Assembly: GCA_964410585.1 (NCBI GenBank)
Contig: CAYPFW010000002.1
Coordinates: 32,001 to 96,000 of the forward strand
Direction: 5' to 3'
DNA from: an uncultured archaeon
GTDB taxonomy: Archaea; Aenigmatarchaeota; Aenigmatarchaeia; QMZP01; JACQNV01
DNA length: 64,000 nucleotides
Made by a program: the position numbers and the translations under genes. Of this stretch, positions 47,408 through 57,326 are shown one piece after another. Position 1 is the first letter of the stretch. Each line of letters opens with the position of its first letter. A model generated the notes under the pieces. It did no database searches. It had not been told where the DNA came from and was given only the letters and a program-made list of their open reading frames with translations.

Positions 47408-49744
47408 ATGACAACGGAAAAAGTCCAAATCAGGGTAGAGGGCATGCACTGTGCTAGCTGCGCAGCTAAAATAAAATCTGCTTTAAAAAAGGTTGATGGA
47501 ATAAAAAATTCAAACGTAAATGCGCTTACTAAAATTGCGCTTGTAGAATTTGAAAGCAAAAAAATTGATTCTCATAAAATTATTAATTTGATAAAAGGTC
47601 TTGGTTATAAACCTTTTCTAGAATCAGTAGACCAAGGTTCCACTGCCACAGATCCTGTTTGTGGAATGAAGATTGAGAAAAGTAAGTCAATAAAAAAAGA
47701 ATTTGCTGGAAGAATATACTACTTTTGCTCTGAGGAATGTGTCAATAAGTTTGAGTCGCCTGAACAGGAATTAAAAAAAATGAAAAGAAGGGTCACAGTA
47801 GCCCTTTCTGGTGTGCTTTTCCTCGGAATAATTCGTGTAATAGCAATGTTCGCTTTGGCTGCAGGTGCCTCAATTGTGACATGGGTTCCAATACCAAGTC
47901 TTCCATATTTCACTTGGGGTGTTTGGCTCTTTTTGATAACAACGCCAATCCAGTTTATCGGTGGTTGGGGATTCTATAAAGGCGCATACACAGCTTTGGT
48001 GAACAAAAGAATAAACATGGATATTCTGATAACAATTGGTACTCTAACAGCTTACATATACAGCGTTTTTGTTGTTTTCTTCCCAAACGTTTTGCCTGTA
48101 GACGAAACTAATGTTTACTTTGAAGTTTCTGCTGTCATAATAGCTTTTGTTCTGCTTGGAAAATTTATGGAAGATTATATGAAAAGAAGGACGTCTGCTG
48201 CTGTCAGAAAATTAATGGATATGCGGCCGCAGACTGCAACAGTGATAAGAAATGGGAAGGAAAAAGAAATTCAGGCTGACCAAATTGTTGTCGGTGATAT
48301 AATTGTTGTAAGGCCTGGGGAAAAAATACCAACGGATGGAATTATAGTAAGTGGATACACTTCAATAGATGAGTCAATGGTGACAGGAGAGAGCATACCA
48401 GTTGAAAAAGAAAAAGGCGATGAAGTCATTGGTGCGACTGTGAACAAGCATGGTTTGATAAAATTTGAAGCGACAAAAATTGGTGCAGAAACGACATTGA
48501 TGCAGATTGTGAAAATGGTTGAAGAGGCCCAGGGATCGAGTGCGCCAATACAAAGACTTGCAGACAAAGTTTCCAGCTATTTTGTGCCAGCTGTAATCGG
48601 AATTGCTGTTTTGTCATTTTTAGTTTGGTATTTAGTTTTAGGTAACTTCACTCTTGGTCTTCTATCGTTTATAGCTGTTTTGATAATTTCTTGTCCATGT
48701 GCTCTGGGGATAGCGACACCTGCGGCGCTTATGGTTGGTGTTGGAAAAGGAGCAGAGAGCGGCATTTTGATAAGAGGTGGAGAGTATTTGGAACGGACAC
48801 AGAAATTGAACACGATTATTTTTGACAAAACAGGAACACTAACAAAAGGGCAACCTGTTGTCACTGATATTGTTTCAGAAAGCCCAAAAGACTTGATCAA
48901 GTTTGCTGTAATCGCAGAGAAAGGTTCAGAGCATCCTCTTGCAGATGCAGTAATGGAAAAAGCAGAAGAGATGAAAATAAAAATCCCAGACGCTGATAGG
49001 TTTGAGGCTGTTCCAGGGCATGGTGTGAAAGCTATTTTTGGAAAGAACAAGATATTTGTTGGAAACAGGAAACTGATGGCCAAAAATTCAATAGATATCA
49101 AGGCCTTTGAAAAAAGGATGGAAGGCCTGGAAAGTGAAGGGAAAACTGTGATGTTGGTTTCTTTGGATAAAAAAGTTCTGGGAATTGTTGCAATTGCAGA
49201 CACTTTGAAAGAAACGTCGAAGGAAACAGTAAAACAGCTTTCTGATTTGGGTGTTCAAACAATTATGTTGACGGGCGACAATGAGAAAACAGCTAAATCA
49301 ATTGCAAAAAGTGTTGGAATAGAAAATGTGATAGCAAATGTTTTGCCTGGAGAAAAAGCTAATGTTGTGAAAAAAATCCAAAAAGAGGGCAAGGTCGTTG
49401 CAATGGTTGGAGATGGGATAAATGATGCGCCTGCTTTAGCCCAAGCAGACATAGGAATAGCAATTGGTTCTGGGAGCGATGTTGCAAAAGAGACAGGTGG
49501 AATAATCCTTGTAAAAGATAATCTTCTAGATGTTGTAACAGGTATCAAGCTAAGCAAGGCAACAATGAGAAAAATAAAACAAAATCTATTCTGGGCATTT
49601 GCCTACAATGCAGCTGCAATACCAATCGCAGCTTTTGGAATGCTGAACCCAATAATAGCTGCAGCAGCAATGGCCTTGAGCTCGCTTACAGTTGTTGGAA
49701 ATTCTGCGCTTCTGAAGAGGTATAAAATAAGAGTTGAGAATTGA
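47408..49744 (+). CDS. copA: Cu(I)-translocating P1B ATPase with HMA and YHS domains
   Basis: GMHCASC, DPVCGM..YFCSEEC, CPCALG, DKTGT, SEHP, GDGIND, YN, MALSS. Confidence 0.95.
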   Translation: MTTEKVQIRVEGMHCASCAAKIKSALKKVDGIKNSNVNALTKIALVEFESKKIDSHKIINLIKGLGYKPFLESVDQGSTATDPVCGMKIEKSKSIKKEFAGRIYYFCSEECVNKFESPEQELKKMKRRVTVALSGVLFLGIIRVIAMFALAAGASIVTWVPIPSLPYFTWGVWLFLITTPIQFIGGWGFYKGAYTALVNKRINMDILITIGTLTAYIYSVFVVFFPNVLPVDETNVYFEVSAVIIAFVLLGKFMEDYMKRRTSAAVRKLMDMRPQTATVIRNGKEKEIQADQIVVGDIIVVRPGEKIPTDGIIVSGYTSIDESMVTGESIPVEKEKGDEVIGATVNKHGLIKFEATKIGAETTLMQIVKMVEEAQGSSAPIQRLADKVSSYFVPAVIGIAVLSFLVWYLVLGNFTLGLLSFIAVLIISCPCALGIATPAALMVGVGKGAESGILIRGGEYLERTQKLNTIIFDKTGTLTKGQPVVTDIVSESPKDLIKFAVIAEKGSEHPLADAVMEKAEEMKIKIPDADRFEAVPGHGVKAIFGKNKIFVGNRKLMAKNSIDIKAFEKRMEGLESEGKTVMLVSLDKKVLGIVAIADTLKETSKETVKQLSDLGVQTIMLTGDNEKTAKSIAKSVGIENVIANVLPGEKANVVKKIQKEGKVVAMVGDGINDAPALAQADIGIAIGSGSDVAKETGGIILVKDNLLDVVTGIKLSKATMRKIKQNLFWAFAYNAAAIPIAAFGMLNPIIAAAAMALSSLTVVGNSALLKRYKIRVEN

Positions 49745-49925
49745 GAAGTTGGATATATAGTATTGTATATCAGAGTCTATCAATAACAATAAACAAGTAT
49801 ACAGCGTGCACCAACTATAGTATCTAACATATGACTTGGATATTGATTAGTAGTTGAAACCAATACACAGCGTGCATCAATTAACAGCTCACCTATGCCA
49901 CAACATGCGTTAGATACTATATATA

Positions 49926-50519
49926 CTAAGCTGACATAGAGGAATATTCTATTTCTATTTTGTCCTTATCTTTCATGAAATAGTTTTCAAAATCAGTGTT
50001 TGGTTTTCCATTAACAAACATTTTCACGCTGTTTTTGTCGTCGTTGCAGTAGTTAAATATGCAGCTTTTAGTGAATTGTTTTCCCCAGACTTTGAAAAAG
50101 AAATCCAATTTCATGTTTTGTTCTGTTGGATTTTGGTTTTCCAAATGGATAATATTATCTGCTTCATGAGTATGGACAGGCTGGTGAAAAGATGGGCTTA
50201 GGCCGATATTTGCTGGTATTGTTTGGTCTTGTCCGTTTATTTTTATTGTAAGATGTGGATGCCAATGTATAGGTCCTTTAGGGACATCAGATTCTGATAT
50301 GACATGTGTTGTTAAATCACCACTTCCATTGTTTGTAAACGCAAATATGCCAGCTGCAAGCGCAGCTATAACAACTGCAACCATGCCATATTTTAGAAAT
50401 CCCTTTCCAGAAATTGAACTAGGTTTTTTAGCTCCTTCAGAATGTTTAGATTGTTTGTGCTGCTCTAAACCTCCCACATGTCCAAACTCCTTATCACATT
50501 TATCGCATTTGAAACTCAT
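49926..50519 (-). CDS. C2H2 zinc finger + TM + His-rich extracellular domain
   Basis: CDKCDKEFGHVGGLEQHKQSKH; HWHPHL, VHTHE, IHLE. Confidence 0.82.
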   Translation of the reverse strand: MSFKCDKCDKEFGHVGGLEQHKQSKHSEGAKKPSSISGKGFLKYGMVAVVIAALAAGIFAFTNNGSGDLTTHVISESDVPKGPIHWHPHLTIKINGQDQTIPANIGLSPSFHQPVHTHEADNIIHLENQNPTEQNMKLDFFFKVWGKQFTKSCIFNYCNDDKNSVKMFVNGKPNTDFENYFMKDKDKIEIEYSSMSA

Positions 50520-50568
50520 AGGGCATATTGGATTTAGTATTATTTAAAACTTTACAAAACTAGTAAAT

Positions 50569-51324
50569 CTAATTTTTGTTTTCGTATTTCCTGATTTTAG
50601 CTCTTGCTGATCTGACATGTTTCTTGGTTTTTTGGACAGAAGCTGCGAAAGAATCAGCTTTCCTCTCTTCTTCTGTTCTCAAATGATGGAATTTTACAAG
50701 AGTTGACATTGGGGAAAGGAACCTAAAAAATGTCAAGGATAGTTTTAGGGCAGATGTCTTCTCTTTTATGTGTGCAAGTTCGTGGAGAATAACAGCCTCT
50801 AATTCCTTCCTATTTAATATATCGAAAAGACCAACTGAAAGGAAGATGGCTGATTTGAAATGTCTGAAGGAAAAGGCAAGCGGATTGGCTTTGTCCAATG
50901 CGAAAACTTTGGGCGGCCTTATATTTAGGTTTTTAGATGATTTTTTGATGAAACTCAATACCCATCCAGATTTTATCTGCCTCTCATTGTTTGTTTTTAC
51001 ATAGTATAGTGGGATCACTATAAACCCAACCAAAGTTGATACCAAAAGCGTTGCAGGGAGCGACAGCAGTAGAAGGTTTACAAAATTGTTTGGTCCAGTA
51101 TAGCAACTAGAAACACAGAGCATGCCGCATGTTGTTTGTGTTGTGAAGAGCATGAGTGGATACAAAAGGAAAACAAGATGGGAATACAAAATAACTATTC
51201 TAGATTTGTTGGAAAAGCTAAGCCTTTTCAGCAAAAAAATAAGCGAAACAGCAAATGATATGGATAGAATTGAAAGTACAATTTTCGCCGGGTCTACAAC
51301 TAGGCCAAAAAAACACCCTACCAT
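50569..51324 (-). CDS. BlaR1/M56-M48-like membrane metallopeptidase
   Basis: ELEAVILHELAH, EERKAD; loop CGMLCVSSC. Confidence 0.85.
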   Translation of the reverse strand: MVGCFFGLVVDPAKIVLSILSISFAVSLIFLLKRLSFSNKSRIVILYSHLVFLLYPLMLFTTQTTCGMLCVSSCYTGPNNFVNLLLLSLPATLLVSTLVGFIVIPLYYVKTNNERQIKSGWVLSFIKKSSKNLNIRPPKVFALDKANPLAFSFRHFKSAIFLSVGLFDILNRKELEAVILHELAHIKEKTSALKLSLTFFRFLSPMSTLVKFHHLRTEEERKADSFAASVQKTKKHVRSARAKIRKYENKN

Positions 51325-51344
51325 TTGCTAACCTCTTTATTTTC

Positions 51345-51406
51345 AATTGTATATCGTTTCTCTTTGGGTACGGTATACTTTCTCTTTTTGAAAGAGAAAG
51401 GATAGC
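51345..51406 (-). repeat. Hairpin module A
   Basis: Reverse strand GCTATCCTTTCTCTTT-CAA-AAAGAGAAAG-TATACCGTACCCAAAGAGAAACGATATACAA. Confidence 0.72.
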
Positions 51407-51407
51407 T

Positions 51408-51782
51408 CTACTTTGAAAACTTTTCATTAAAGTAAGCGACAGCAGACTTGCCAAATGTGTCTATCATTTTCTCAACAAACTTGTCCATCATTGAATACTC
51501 AAAATCTTTCTTCGAAAGCACTGGTGAGTAAATGTAGTGATAGCCTCCCCTTCCTGGTAGAGCCTTTCTCTTCACTAACTTTTTTTCAAAAAGCCTATCT
51601 AAAATAACAGCAACACTAGTCAAAGCAACTTTTTGGTCTTTTTTCACAATAGAATGAAGTTCCCTTACTTTTGCAGACTCCCTTTCCCAAAGTGCGTACA
51701 AAACCTTTGCCTCTAGTGGGCTTAGAAAAGCTTCTGCACCTTCTTTTTCAAATCGAATCTTGTTTATTTCCATACTTTTCAC
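51408..51782 (-). CDS. BlaI/MecI/CopY family repressor
   Basis: LSPLEAKVLYALW, VALTSVAVILDRLFEKKLV, FVEKMIDTFG. Confidence 0.9.
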   Translation of the reverse strand: MKSMEINKIRFEKEGAEAFLSPLEAKVLYALWERESAKVRELHSIVKKDQKVALTSVAVILDRLFEKKLVKRKALPGRGGYHYIYSPVLSKKDFEYSMMDKFVEKMIDTFGKSAVAYFNEKFSK

Positions 51783-51815
51783 ATCTGTTTATAATTCGCA
51801 GTAAACTATTTAAGC

Positions 51816-51889
51816 TTTACAAATAATGTAAAGTATTTAAACACAAGCACCAAATATTAGATCAATACAAGCTTTACAAATTTTGTAAA
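51816..51889. promoter_or_regulatory. Two TTTACA-N5-TGTAAA operators in the divergent promoter
   Basis: TTTACAAATAATGTAAA (51816) and TTTACAAATTTTGTAAA (51873). Confidence 0.7.
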
Positions 51890-51917
51890 TATATCCCAAG
51901 AAAACTAATATGCATTT

Positions 51918-52436
51918 ATGAAAAAAGAGACGATAAAGTCAAATGGTCTATTAGACCATACAATAAAGGTGCTAAAAAAGAATTCAAAAACATTTTTAGT
52001 AGCCACTGTTTTGTTTGGTCTTATATATACATTCATATATGGATTATGGCTTATCCCTGCAATAGGTTTTGGGTTCCATAGAGACTCAGCTGTTACAGTT
52101 TTGGATTGGGCCTATTTGCCTCTAGTATCGCTGATGTCTGGTTCCTTGGTTACACTAATGAAATATAAATTAAATACAATGAGTACAAGTACAATTGGTG
52201 GATTTGGTGGTGTAGTAGCCGGTTTGGGTGCTGCTTCGTGCCCGGTTTGCCAAGGAGTGACCATAGCAGCTTTCGGTGGAAATATAGCTTTCCTCTCATT
52301 CGGCGATTTCTCGCCATTTGTTTGGGTCTTCCAAGCAACTGCTGTTTTTATTCTCTGGATATCATTATATTTAACTGCAAATAATCTATATACAAATAAT
52401 TGCATTGGGTGCATTTCAGGCAGAAAGCCTAGATAA
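51918..52436 (+). CDS. Membrane protein with CPxC and C-terminal CxxC
   Basis: ASCPVC, CIGC; resembles the 40062 protein. Confidence 0.78.
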   Translation: MKKETIKSNGLLDHTIKVLKKNSKTFLVATVLFGLIYTFIYGLWLIPAIGFGFHRDSAVTVLDWAYLPLVSLMSGSLVTLMKYKLNTMSTSTIGGFGGVVAGLGAASCPVCQGVTIAAFGGNIAFLSFGDFSPFVWVFQATAVFILWISLYLTANNLYTNNCIGCISGRKPR

Positions 52437-52438
52437 GT

Positions 52439-53173
52439 ATGGTAAAAGCAAAAAGCGTCAAAGAAGTAAAGGTCGCGAAGGATACAAAAACTAAAGAAAA
52501 AAATCTTTTGGACAGCAACATATTTTTAGTAGGAATAACAATAGTTGTCGCACTAGTTGTCATGAATCAGGTTTTAATTTCAACAACAGGCTTCGCAGTT
52601 GGCAGTTCAGGTACAATGGGTGAGATAAAGCTTACAGAAGGATTTATGTATGGCTCAAAAACAACATTAAAGCCTATGCCATTGGCGACAGGTGAACAGT
52701 CTAGAATAGCTGGGTATGGATCAATTGTCAAACCCTTACCCACAATAAGCGATCTTCCAATAAAACCATCAACAGGCGATGTTGTTCAGGATTTGATAAA
52801 TAATATCATACCAACAGGAACACCGTGGTATGGCCAAGAAGCTGGAGTAAGCTTTGATGCTGCTGAACCGGCTGCTCAACTATGGGGAAAAGCAAGGGCC
52901 TTGGAACTTACAACAGAACAAGAAGCAAGATGGGGTAGGATAGTAAACTCCTTCACCTGTGATTACTGCTGCGGCTCACCTCAAAGCCCAACAATAATAA
53001 CAAGGTGTGGATGTGCTCATGCACAGGGAGCTTTGGGTATGGCTAGATGGTTCATAAAATATTATGGTGACAAGTATTCAGACGAAGAGATATATGGTGA
53101 AATGGCTAGATGGTACGCTGCTTGGTATCCGGGTCCAACTATTCAGAGAATAGCGTTGGAGATGTCTCAATAA
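52439..53173 (+). CDS. Membrane-anchored CxxCC/CGCxH protein (paralog of 33512, no tail)
   Basis: PTGTPWYG..VSFD, CDYCCG, CGCAH, YSDEEI..E..RW. Confidence 0.85.
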   Translation: MVKAKSVKEVKVAKDTKTKEKNLLDSNIFLVGITIVVALVVMNQVLISTTGFAVGSSGTMGEIKLTEGFMYGSKTTLKPMPLATGEQSRIAGYGSIVKPLPTISDLPIKPSTGDVVQDLINNIIPTGTPWYGQEAGVSFDAAEPAAQLWGKARALELTTEQEARWGRIVNSFTCDYCCGSPQSPTIITRCGCAHAQGALGMARWFIKYYGDKYSDEEIYGEMARWYAAWYPGPTIQRIALEMSQ

Positions 53174-53191
53174 TGAGTAACTAAAATATAT

Positions 53192-53237
53192 ATGGAGGGT
53201 TAGAGGAACCGGAAACAATTGAACTGCAGGTTCCCTA
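53192..53237 (+). promoter_or_regulatory. 46-nt leader element, copy 2
   Basis: Identical to 33454-33499; ends 5 nt before ATG 53243. Confidence 0.8.
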
Positions 53238-53242
53238 AAATT

Positions 53243-53455
53243 ATGGAAAATAAAAGTGTGCTATTGGTTGTTCTGATAGCAGCTTTGTTGGTAACAGTTG
53301 CATTGCAAACTGTCCAGCTCGTAGCATTGAATGCTGGAACATCTGCTGCAGCTATTAGTTTCCCAGCAGCAGGCAAATCAGCAGGAAGCGGTTCTGCTGG
53401 TTCATCTGGTCCAACAAGCTTACAGAACTTGCCAAGTATGGTTGGTGGATGTTAA
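53243..53455 (+). CDS. Small membrane-anchored MVGGC-tail protein
   Basis: TM with QTVQL, A/S/G linker, ends NLPSMVGGC. Confidence 0.85.
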   Translation: MENKSVLLVVLIAALLVTVALQTVQLVALNAGTSAAAISFPAAGKSAGSGSAGSSGPTSLQNLPSMVGGC

Positions 53456-53531
53456 TCTTAGGTAGCTATTAAAATAGAATAGCTCTATGCTTAACAATAG
53501 AACTTGAAGTAGTGTTAGATTATATAGAAAT

Positions 53532-54644
53532 ATGAAACTAAACAACAATTTGATATATGGGGTCTTGGCTCTTATTGTAGTTTTGTCTATAGTTAATGCT
53601 TATTTTGTTTCTGTCAGATCGCAAACTGTTATGGGTGCCATTGATAAAGCAAAAGAAGATGCAAGACCGGCTGACATAGAAGTGATCAAACTCACAGCTG
53701 ACTGCTCAGATTGTTTTGATATAGAAAAGGTCTTGTCAGATTTGAAAAGCAAAAATGTAAATGTGAAAAAAGAAGAGAGTGTCAGTTTTTCATCTGACAG
53801 AGGGAAAGAACTAATTTCACAATTTGGTATAACCAAATTGCCTACACTAATTGTTTCTGGCGAGGTCAAAAAGCCAAGTATAGAGTCAATATGGAGTGAT
53901 TGGGAGGAAAAAGAAGGAAAGTATGTTTTTAAAAATATCCTTCCACCATACACAAACTTACAAAACGAAGTTGTAGGAAAGGTTTCTGCAACAATTATTT
54001 TAGACTCCTCATGCCAAAAATGCGATGACTTTTCCCAGATTCTAAATGGTCTAAAGCAAACAGGTGTTGTTTTTTCAGAGGAAAAGAAATTGGAATACGC
54101 AACACCAGAAGCAAAAGATCTAATCACAAAACTTGATATTCAAAGAATACCTGCAATTGTTTTGAGTAAAAATATTATCGAGTATGCTGGTATGGAGCAA
54201 TCCCTTCAACAAGTTGGTGCTAAAGAAAAAGATGGTTTCTTTGCTCTTCATGCACAGGTTCCTCCATACAGGGATGCGAAAACAAATGAATTGAAAGGTT
54301 TGGTAAAAGTAACTTATCTTTCAGATGCTTCTTGTAAATCGTGTTATGATGTAAACATAAACAAAGAAATACTTGCAAGATTTGGTTTGGCAATCACATT
54401 GGAGAAAAATTTAGATATAAATTCAACAGAGGGAGCTGGATTAGTTAAAACCTATAAAATAGAAAAAGCTCCAATAATTTTGGTTTCTCCTGAAGCTGAT
54501 GTCTATGATGTTTTCAAACAAGCCTGGCCTAGTGTTGGATCTGTTGAAGCAGATGGCTGGTTTGTGATGAGGAACCCAGAAATTTTAGGCGGATACAAAA
54601 ACCTGACATCAGGACAAGAGATTGCAGCCGCTGTCAACCAATGA
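53532..54644 (+). CDS. Membrane-anchored protein with three thioredoxin-like CxxC repeats
   Basis: CSDC, CQKC, CKSC, each followed by an I.K.P-type cis-Pro segment. Confidence 0.82.
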   Translation: MKLNNNLIYGVLALIVVLSIVNAYFVSVRSQTVMGAIDKAKEDARPADIEVIKLTADCSDCFDIEKVLSDLKSKNVNVKKEESVSFSSDRGKELISQFGITKLPTLIVSGEVKKPSIESIWSDWEEKEGKYVFKNILPPYTNLQNEVVGKVSATIILDSSCQKCDDFSQILNGLKQTGVVFSEEKKLEYATPEAKDLITKLDIQRIPAIVLSKNIIEYAGMEQSLQQVGAKEKDGFFALHAQVPPYRDAKTNELKGLVKVTYLSDASCKSCYDVNINKEILARFGLAITLEKNLDINSTEGAGLVKTYKIEKAPIILVSPEADVYDVFKQAWPSVGSVEADGWFVMRNPEILGGYKNLTSGQEIAAAVNQ

Positions 54645-54645
54645 T

Positions 54646-55101
54646 ATGTCAGCAAAAATTTTAGTGATTAGTTCAATTGTTTTCCTTCTACTTATTTCAA
54701 TAGGAATACCTTTACAGCTTCAGCAAACTCAGACACAAAATTTTGAATTTGATAAACCAGTTGATGTTGTCACAAAATATTTTGAATCTTGGGATAAAAA
54801 AAATTGGGTTGAAATGTATTCCACAATTTCAGACGGATTTAAGAAAATAGAACCAACTGCACAAACTTTGGCTGATTTCAGAGAATATTCAGAGTCCCAG
54901 GCAATAGGTGGAGTACGAGTAATTTCGATAAATGAAAAATCAAATGATGGAAAGACAGCCGTTGTTGATTATTCAGTTGAATTCGAAACAAGTAAATGGA
55001 ATAAATTTGAAGGTACATTTACTTTGAAATTTAGACAGGGTGATATAATTCGGGGATGGAAGCTCATACACCCATATGGAAATAACGTTGATACATCATA
55101 A
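54646..55101 (+). CDS. Secreted NTF2-like protein
   Basis: Signal/TM; PVDVVTKYFESW..; GWKL. Confidence 0.65.
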   Translation: MSAKILVISSIVFLLLISIGIPLQLQQTQTQNFEFDKPVDVVTKYFESWDKKNWVEMYSTISDGFKKIEPTAQTLADFREYSESQAIGGVRVISINEKSNDGKTAVVDYSVEFETSKWNKFEGTFTLKFRQGDIIRGWKLIHPYGNNVDTS

Positions 55102-56145
55102 CAGTTTTTCCATATCCAAAACCAAGCAAGATAGGCTATATTCATCACCGAGGGCTTCTCCAGTTGTTGAGTTGTAGAATTCGAAAAAACCGTTTTTTGT
55201 TGATTCCAAAGATTTTTCATATAAAAGTTCAGCTGCTTCTGTAAGATTGTAGTTTAGTAGGCCTTTGAAAACAAACCAGTTTATTGGTATCCATGTTGCA
55301 CCTCTCCAAGGACTTGCTGAATCAAAGCCCTTTTCAGAAAATGAAAGAGATGGAATGGGATATTCTGTCCAAAACTCTTCTTGATTTAAAAGATGTTTGT
55401 TGACAAGGTCTTGAGCTTGGGATTTTGAGAGAATGTTTGCAAAAAGCGGCATAAAGATGGATGGTGTGAGCTTGTCATCTATTTGAGAAAATAGGTTTTT
55501 CGTTTTGTCATAAAGGTGTTGTTTTATTGCCTCTTTTGTGTATTCGTATTTCCTTTTGTAAAATGCCTGCTCAACTCCGATTATTTTTGAAATTTCGATC
55601 ATGGATTTCAAACTCTCTAAATAAACACAGTTAAAAAAAACATCCTTGACATCGAAATATCCTCTTTGTAGAAAAAGGCTATCATTGTAGTCTGTGTTTT
55701 TATATGATTCTACTATTTCTTTTTGCCTATTTGAGTAGAAAAAAGTCTCATTTGGATGGATTATCGAAAGGATATTTTTTGAATAGGTATCTCTTACAGT
55801 TGAAAGCCATTTGTAATACTTGTCTAATTTTGAATAGATTTTTTGTAGGAAAGTTTCATTTCTTGAAACATTGAATACTTGAAGAGCTGAATATGCAAAA
55901 AGAGGGGGCGCAGTTAGCTTGTTTTCCTGTGTGATTTTTCCTTCTGGGAGCTGGAGATTGAAAATGCTTACTATCTCCTTCTCAGCTGACTTTGGGTCAA
56001 AATGCCTTAGAACAATTGAATTCAAACAAGAAGCGAAAGCTGATTGTTTTTGGTTTTTTGCAGACAGTGTGAATTGTTGACCTGATTCAATTCGTCTGTT
56101 TTCGAGAAATATTTTTTCTATTTCTGAAATAGCTGAAAGCTCCAT
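55096..56145 (-). CDS. GH63/MGH1-like glycoside hydrolase (divergent)
   Basis: TAPPLFA, HPNET, PWRGATWIPINW, GFFEFYN. Confidence 0.72.
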   Translation of the reverse strand: MELSAISEIEKIFLENRRIESGQQFTLSAKNQKQSAFASCLNSIVLRHFDPKSAEKEIVSIFNLQLPEGKITQENKLTAPPLFAYSALQVFNVSRNETFLQKIYSKLDKYYKWLSTVRDTYSKNILSIIHPNETFFYSNRQKEIVESYKNTDYNDSLFLQRGYFDVKDVFFNCVYLESLKSMIEISKIIGVEQAFYKRKYEYTKEAIKQHLYDKTKNLFSQIDDKLTPSIFMPLFANILSKSQAQDLVNKHLLNQEEFWTEYPIPSLSFSEKGFDSASPWRGATWIPINWFVFKGLLNYNLTEAAELLYEKSLESTKNGFFEFYNSTTGEALGDEYSLSCLVLDMEKLL

Positions 56146-57298
56146 ATAATATTATTGTCGCTGCAATAATAATAACCAATTCTGTCCCTCTGGATACAAT
56201 CTTTCCAGTTAGTTCTTGTTGTGTTGTTTGAATTGGTGAATCACTGAAATCTTTTTTAAACAAACTGGAAAAATAGCCTGCAACTCCACCTTCTATTATA
56301 ACACCAGCTTCCCTGTTTCTTTTTGGCGAGTTTTCATTCCAATTTATGCTTGAGATTAAAATTCTCTTGTCATCAACTATGACGCCTTTATTGTGGATTT
56401 TATCAACTCCAAGCACTTGCAAATTAGCCAACTTAACTTCTAAATCCAATTTTTCTTTTTGTGCTATTTGATTTAGAAAATTGGCTGTGTTCAAGTTGCT
56501 GTTTGGATCAGATTCTTCAATATTATAATTTGTCGAATCCAAAAGAATTTTCACTTCTATTCCCTGTCTAGCTTTTTCCAAAACTTTTTCTAAGAACAAA
56601 TTTGGTTTTGGCTTGTTTTTTGTTCCCCAATTTTTGTAAATATAAAATTGCTCGATGTATATTGATTTGTTAGCTGAATCAAGAAGAGAAATAATGCCTT
56701 CAGTCGCAGTATCTGGAGCGAAAATTGCTTGGATATCTACTTTATATTTTTCGATTTGGGTTTCTGGAAAATTGGTTTTTGTGTTGTCTAAAAAGTAGTC
56801 GTCTAACTTGCAATTAAATTCTTCTGATTTCTCAAAGTCTTTGTTGAAAACTTTTTTGAACTCTTTTTGGATTTCTTTATCTTCAATAATTGCTCCCCAC
56901 CCTCTGTTTTTTGAGAACCCAAGACCCAAATTTTCAGATGAAACCAAAACCTTGTCGCCTACTAAATATTTCGCATGCAGGAATTTTTCAGGCCCATTAA
57001 AAAGCCTCACTTCAGCGCCTTTCTCTTCCAAATTACACAGTATTTTTTCCTCTATTTCCTTCATTCCGCCAACAGGAGACTTTTCAACTAGAACCTTGTC
57101 TGCTTTGGGGGAAACAAAATTTAGTATTTCTGGACTTGTGAATTCGTATACTGAGATATTGAACGAATTTTCGGTATCTGCAAAATAGTAAAGTGCTGAC
57201 AGGCTATTTTCAGGCGAGGAAAAAACAGATACTTCTGCTGCATATGCTGATTGTAAAAACAAAAGTGAAAACAGTAAGGCCGAAAATAAAAATTTCAT
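56087..57298 (-). CDS. Secreted phospholipase D-family protein
   Basis: Two HKD motifs (HAKYLVGD, HNKGVIVD), SSINW..NRE; signal peptide and C-terminal TM. Confidence 0.88.
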   Translation of the reverse strand: MKFLFSALLFSLLFLQSAYAAEVSVFSSPENSLSALYYFADTENSFNISVYEFTSPEILNFVSPKADKVLVEKSPVGGMKEIEEKILCNLEEKGAEVRLFNGPEKFLHAKYLVGDKVLVSSENLGLGFSKNRGWGAIIEDKEIQKEFKKVFNKDFEKSEEFNCKLDDYFLDNTKTNFPETQIEKYKVDIQAIFAPDTATEGIISLLDSANKSIYIEQFYIYKNWGTKNKPKPNLFLEKVLEKARQGIEVKILLDSTNYNIEESDPNSNLNTANFLNQIAQKEKLDLEVKLANLQVLGVDKIHNKGVIVDDKRILISSINWNENSPKRNREAGVIIEGGVAGYFSSLFKKDFSDSPIQTTQQELTGKIVSRGTELVIIIAATIILYGAFSYFRNRKNISRKQTN

Positions 57299-57326
57299 TT
57301 ATATATTATCAATCTCAATCTTTAAA

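Noticed and set aside
53192-53245. Amber read-through (ATG GAG GGT TAG plus hairpin) in frame with the MVGGC gene, PYLIS-like
   Set aside because: In frame only at copy 2; out of frame at 33454, and no pyl genes are visible.
32626-55101. Metal island as an integrated mobile element
   Set aside because: No integrase, transposase or att duplication found, and it carries the same intergenic repeats as the backbone.
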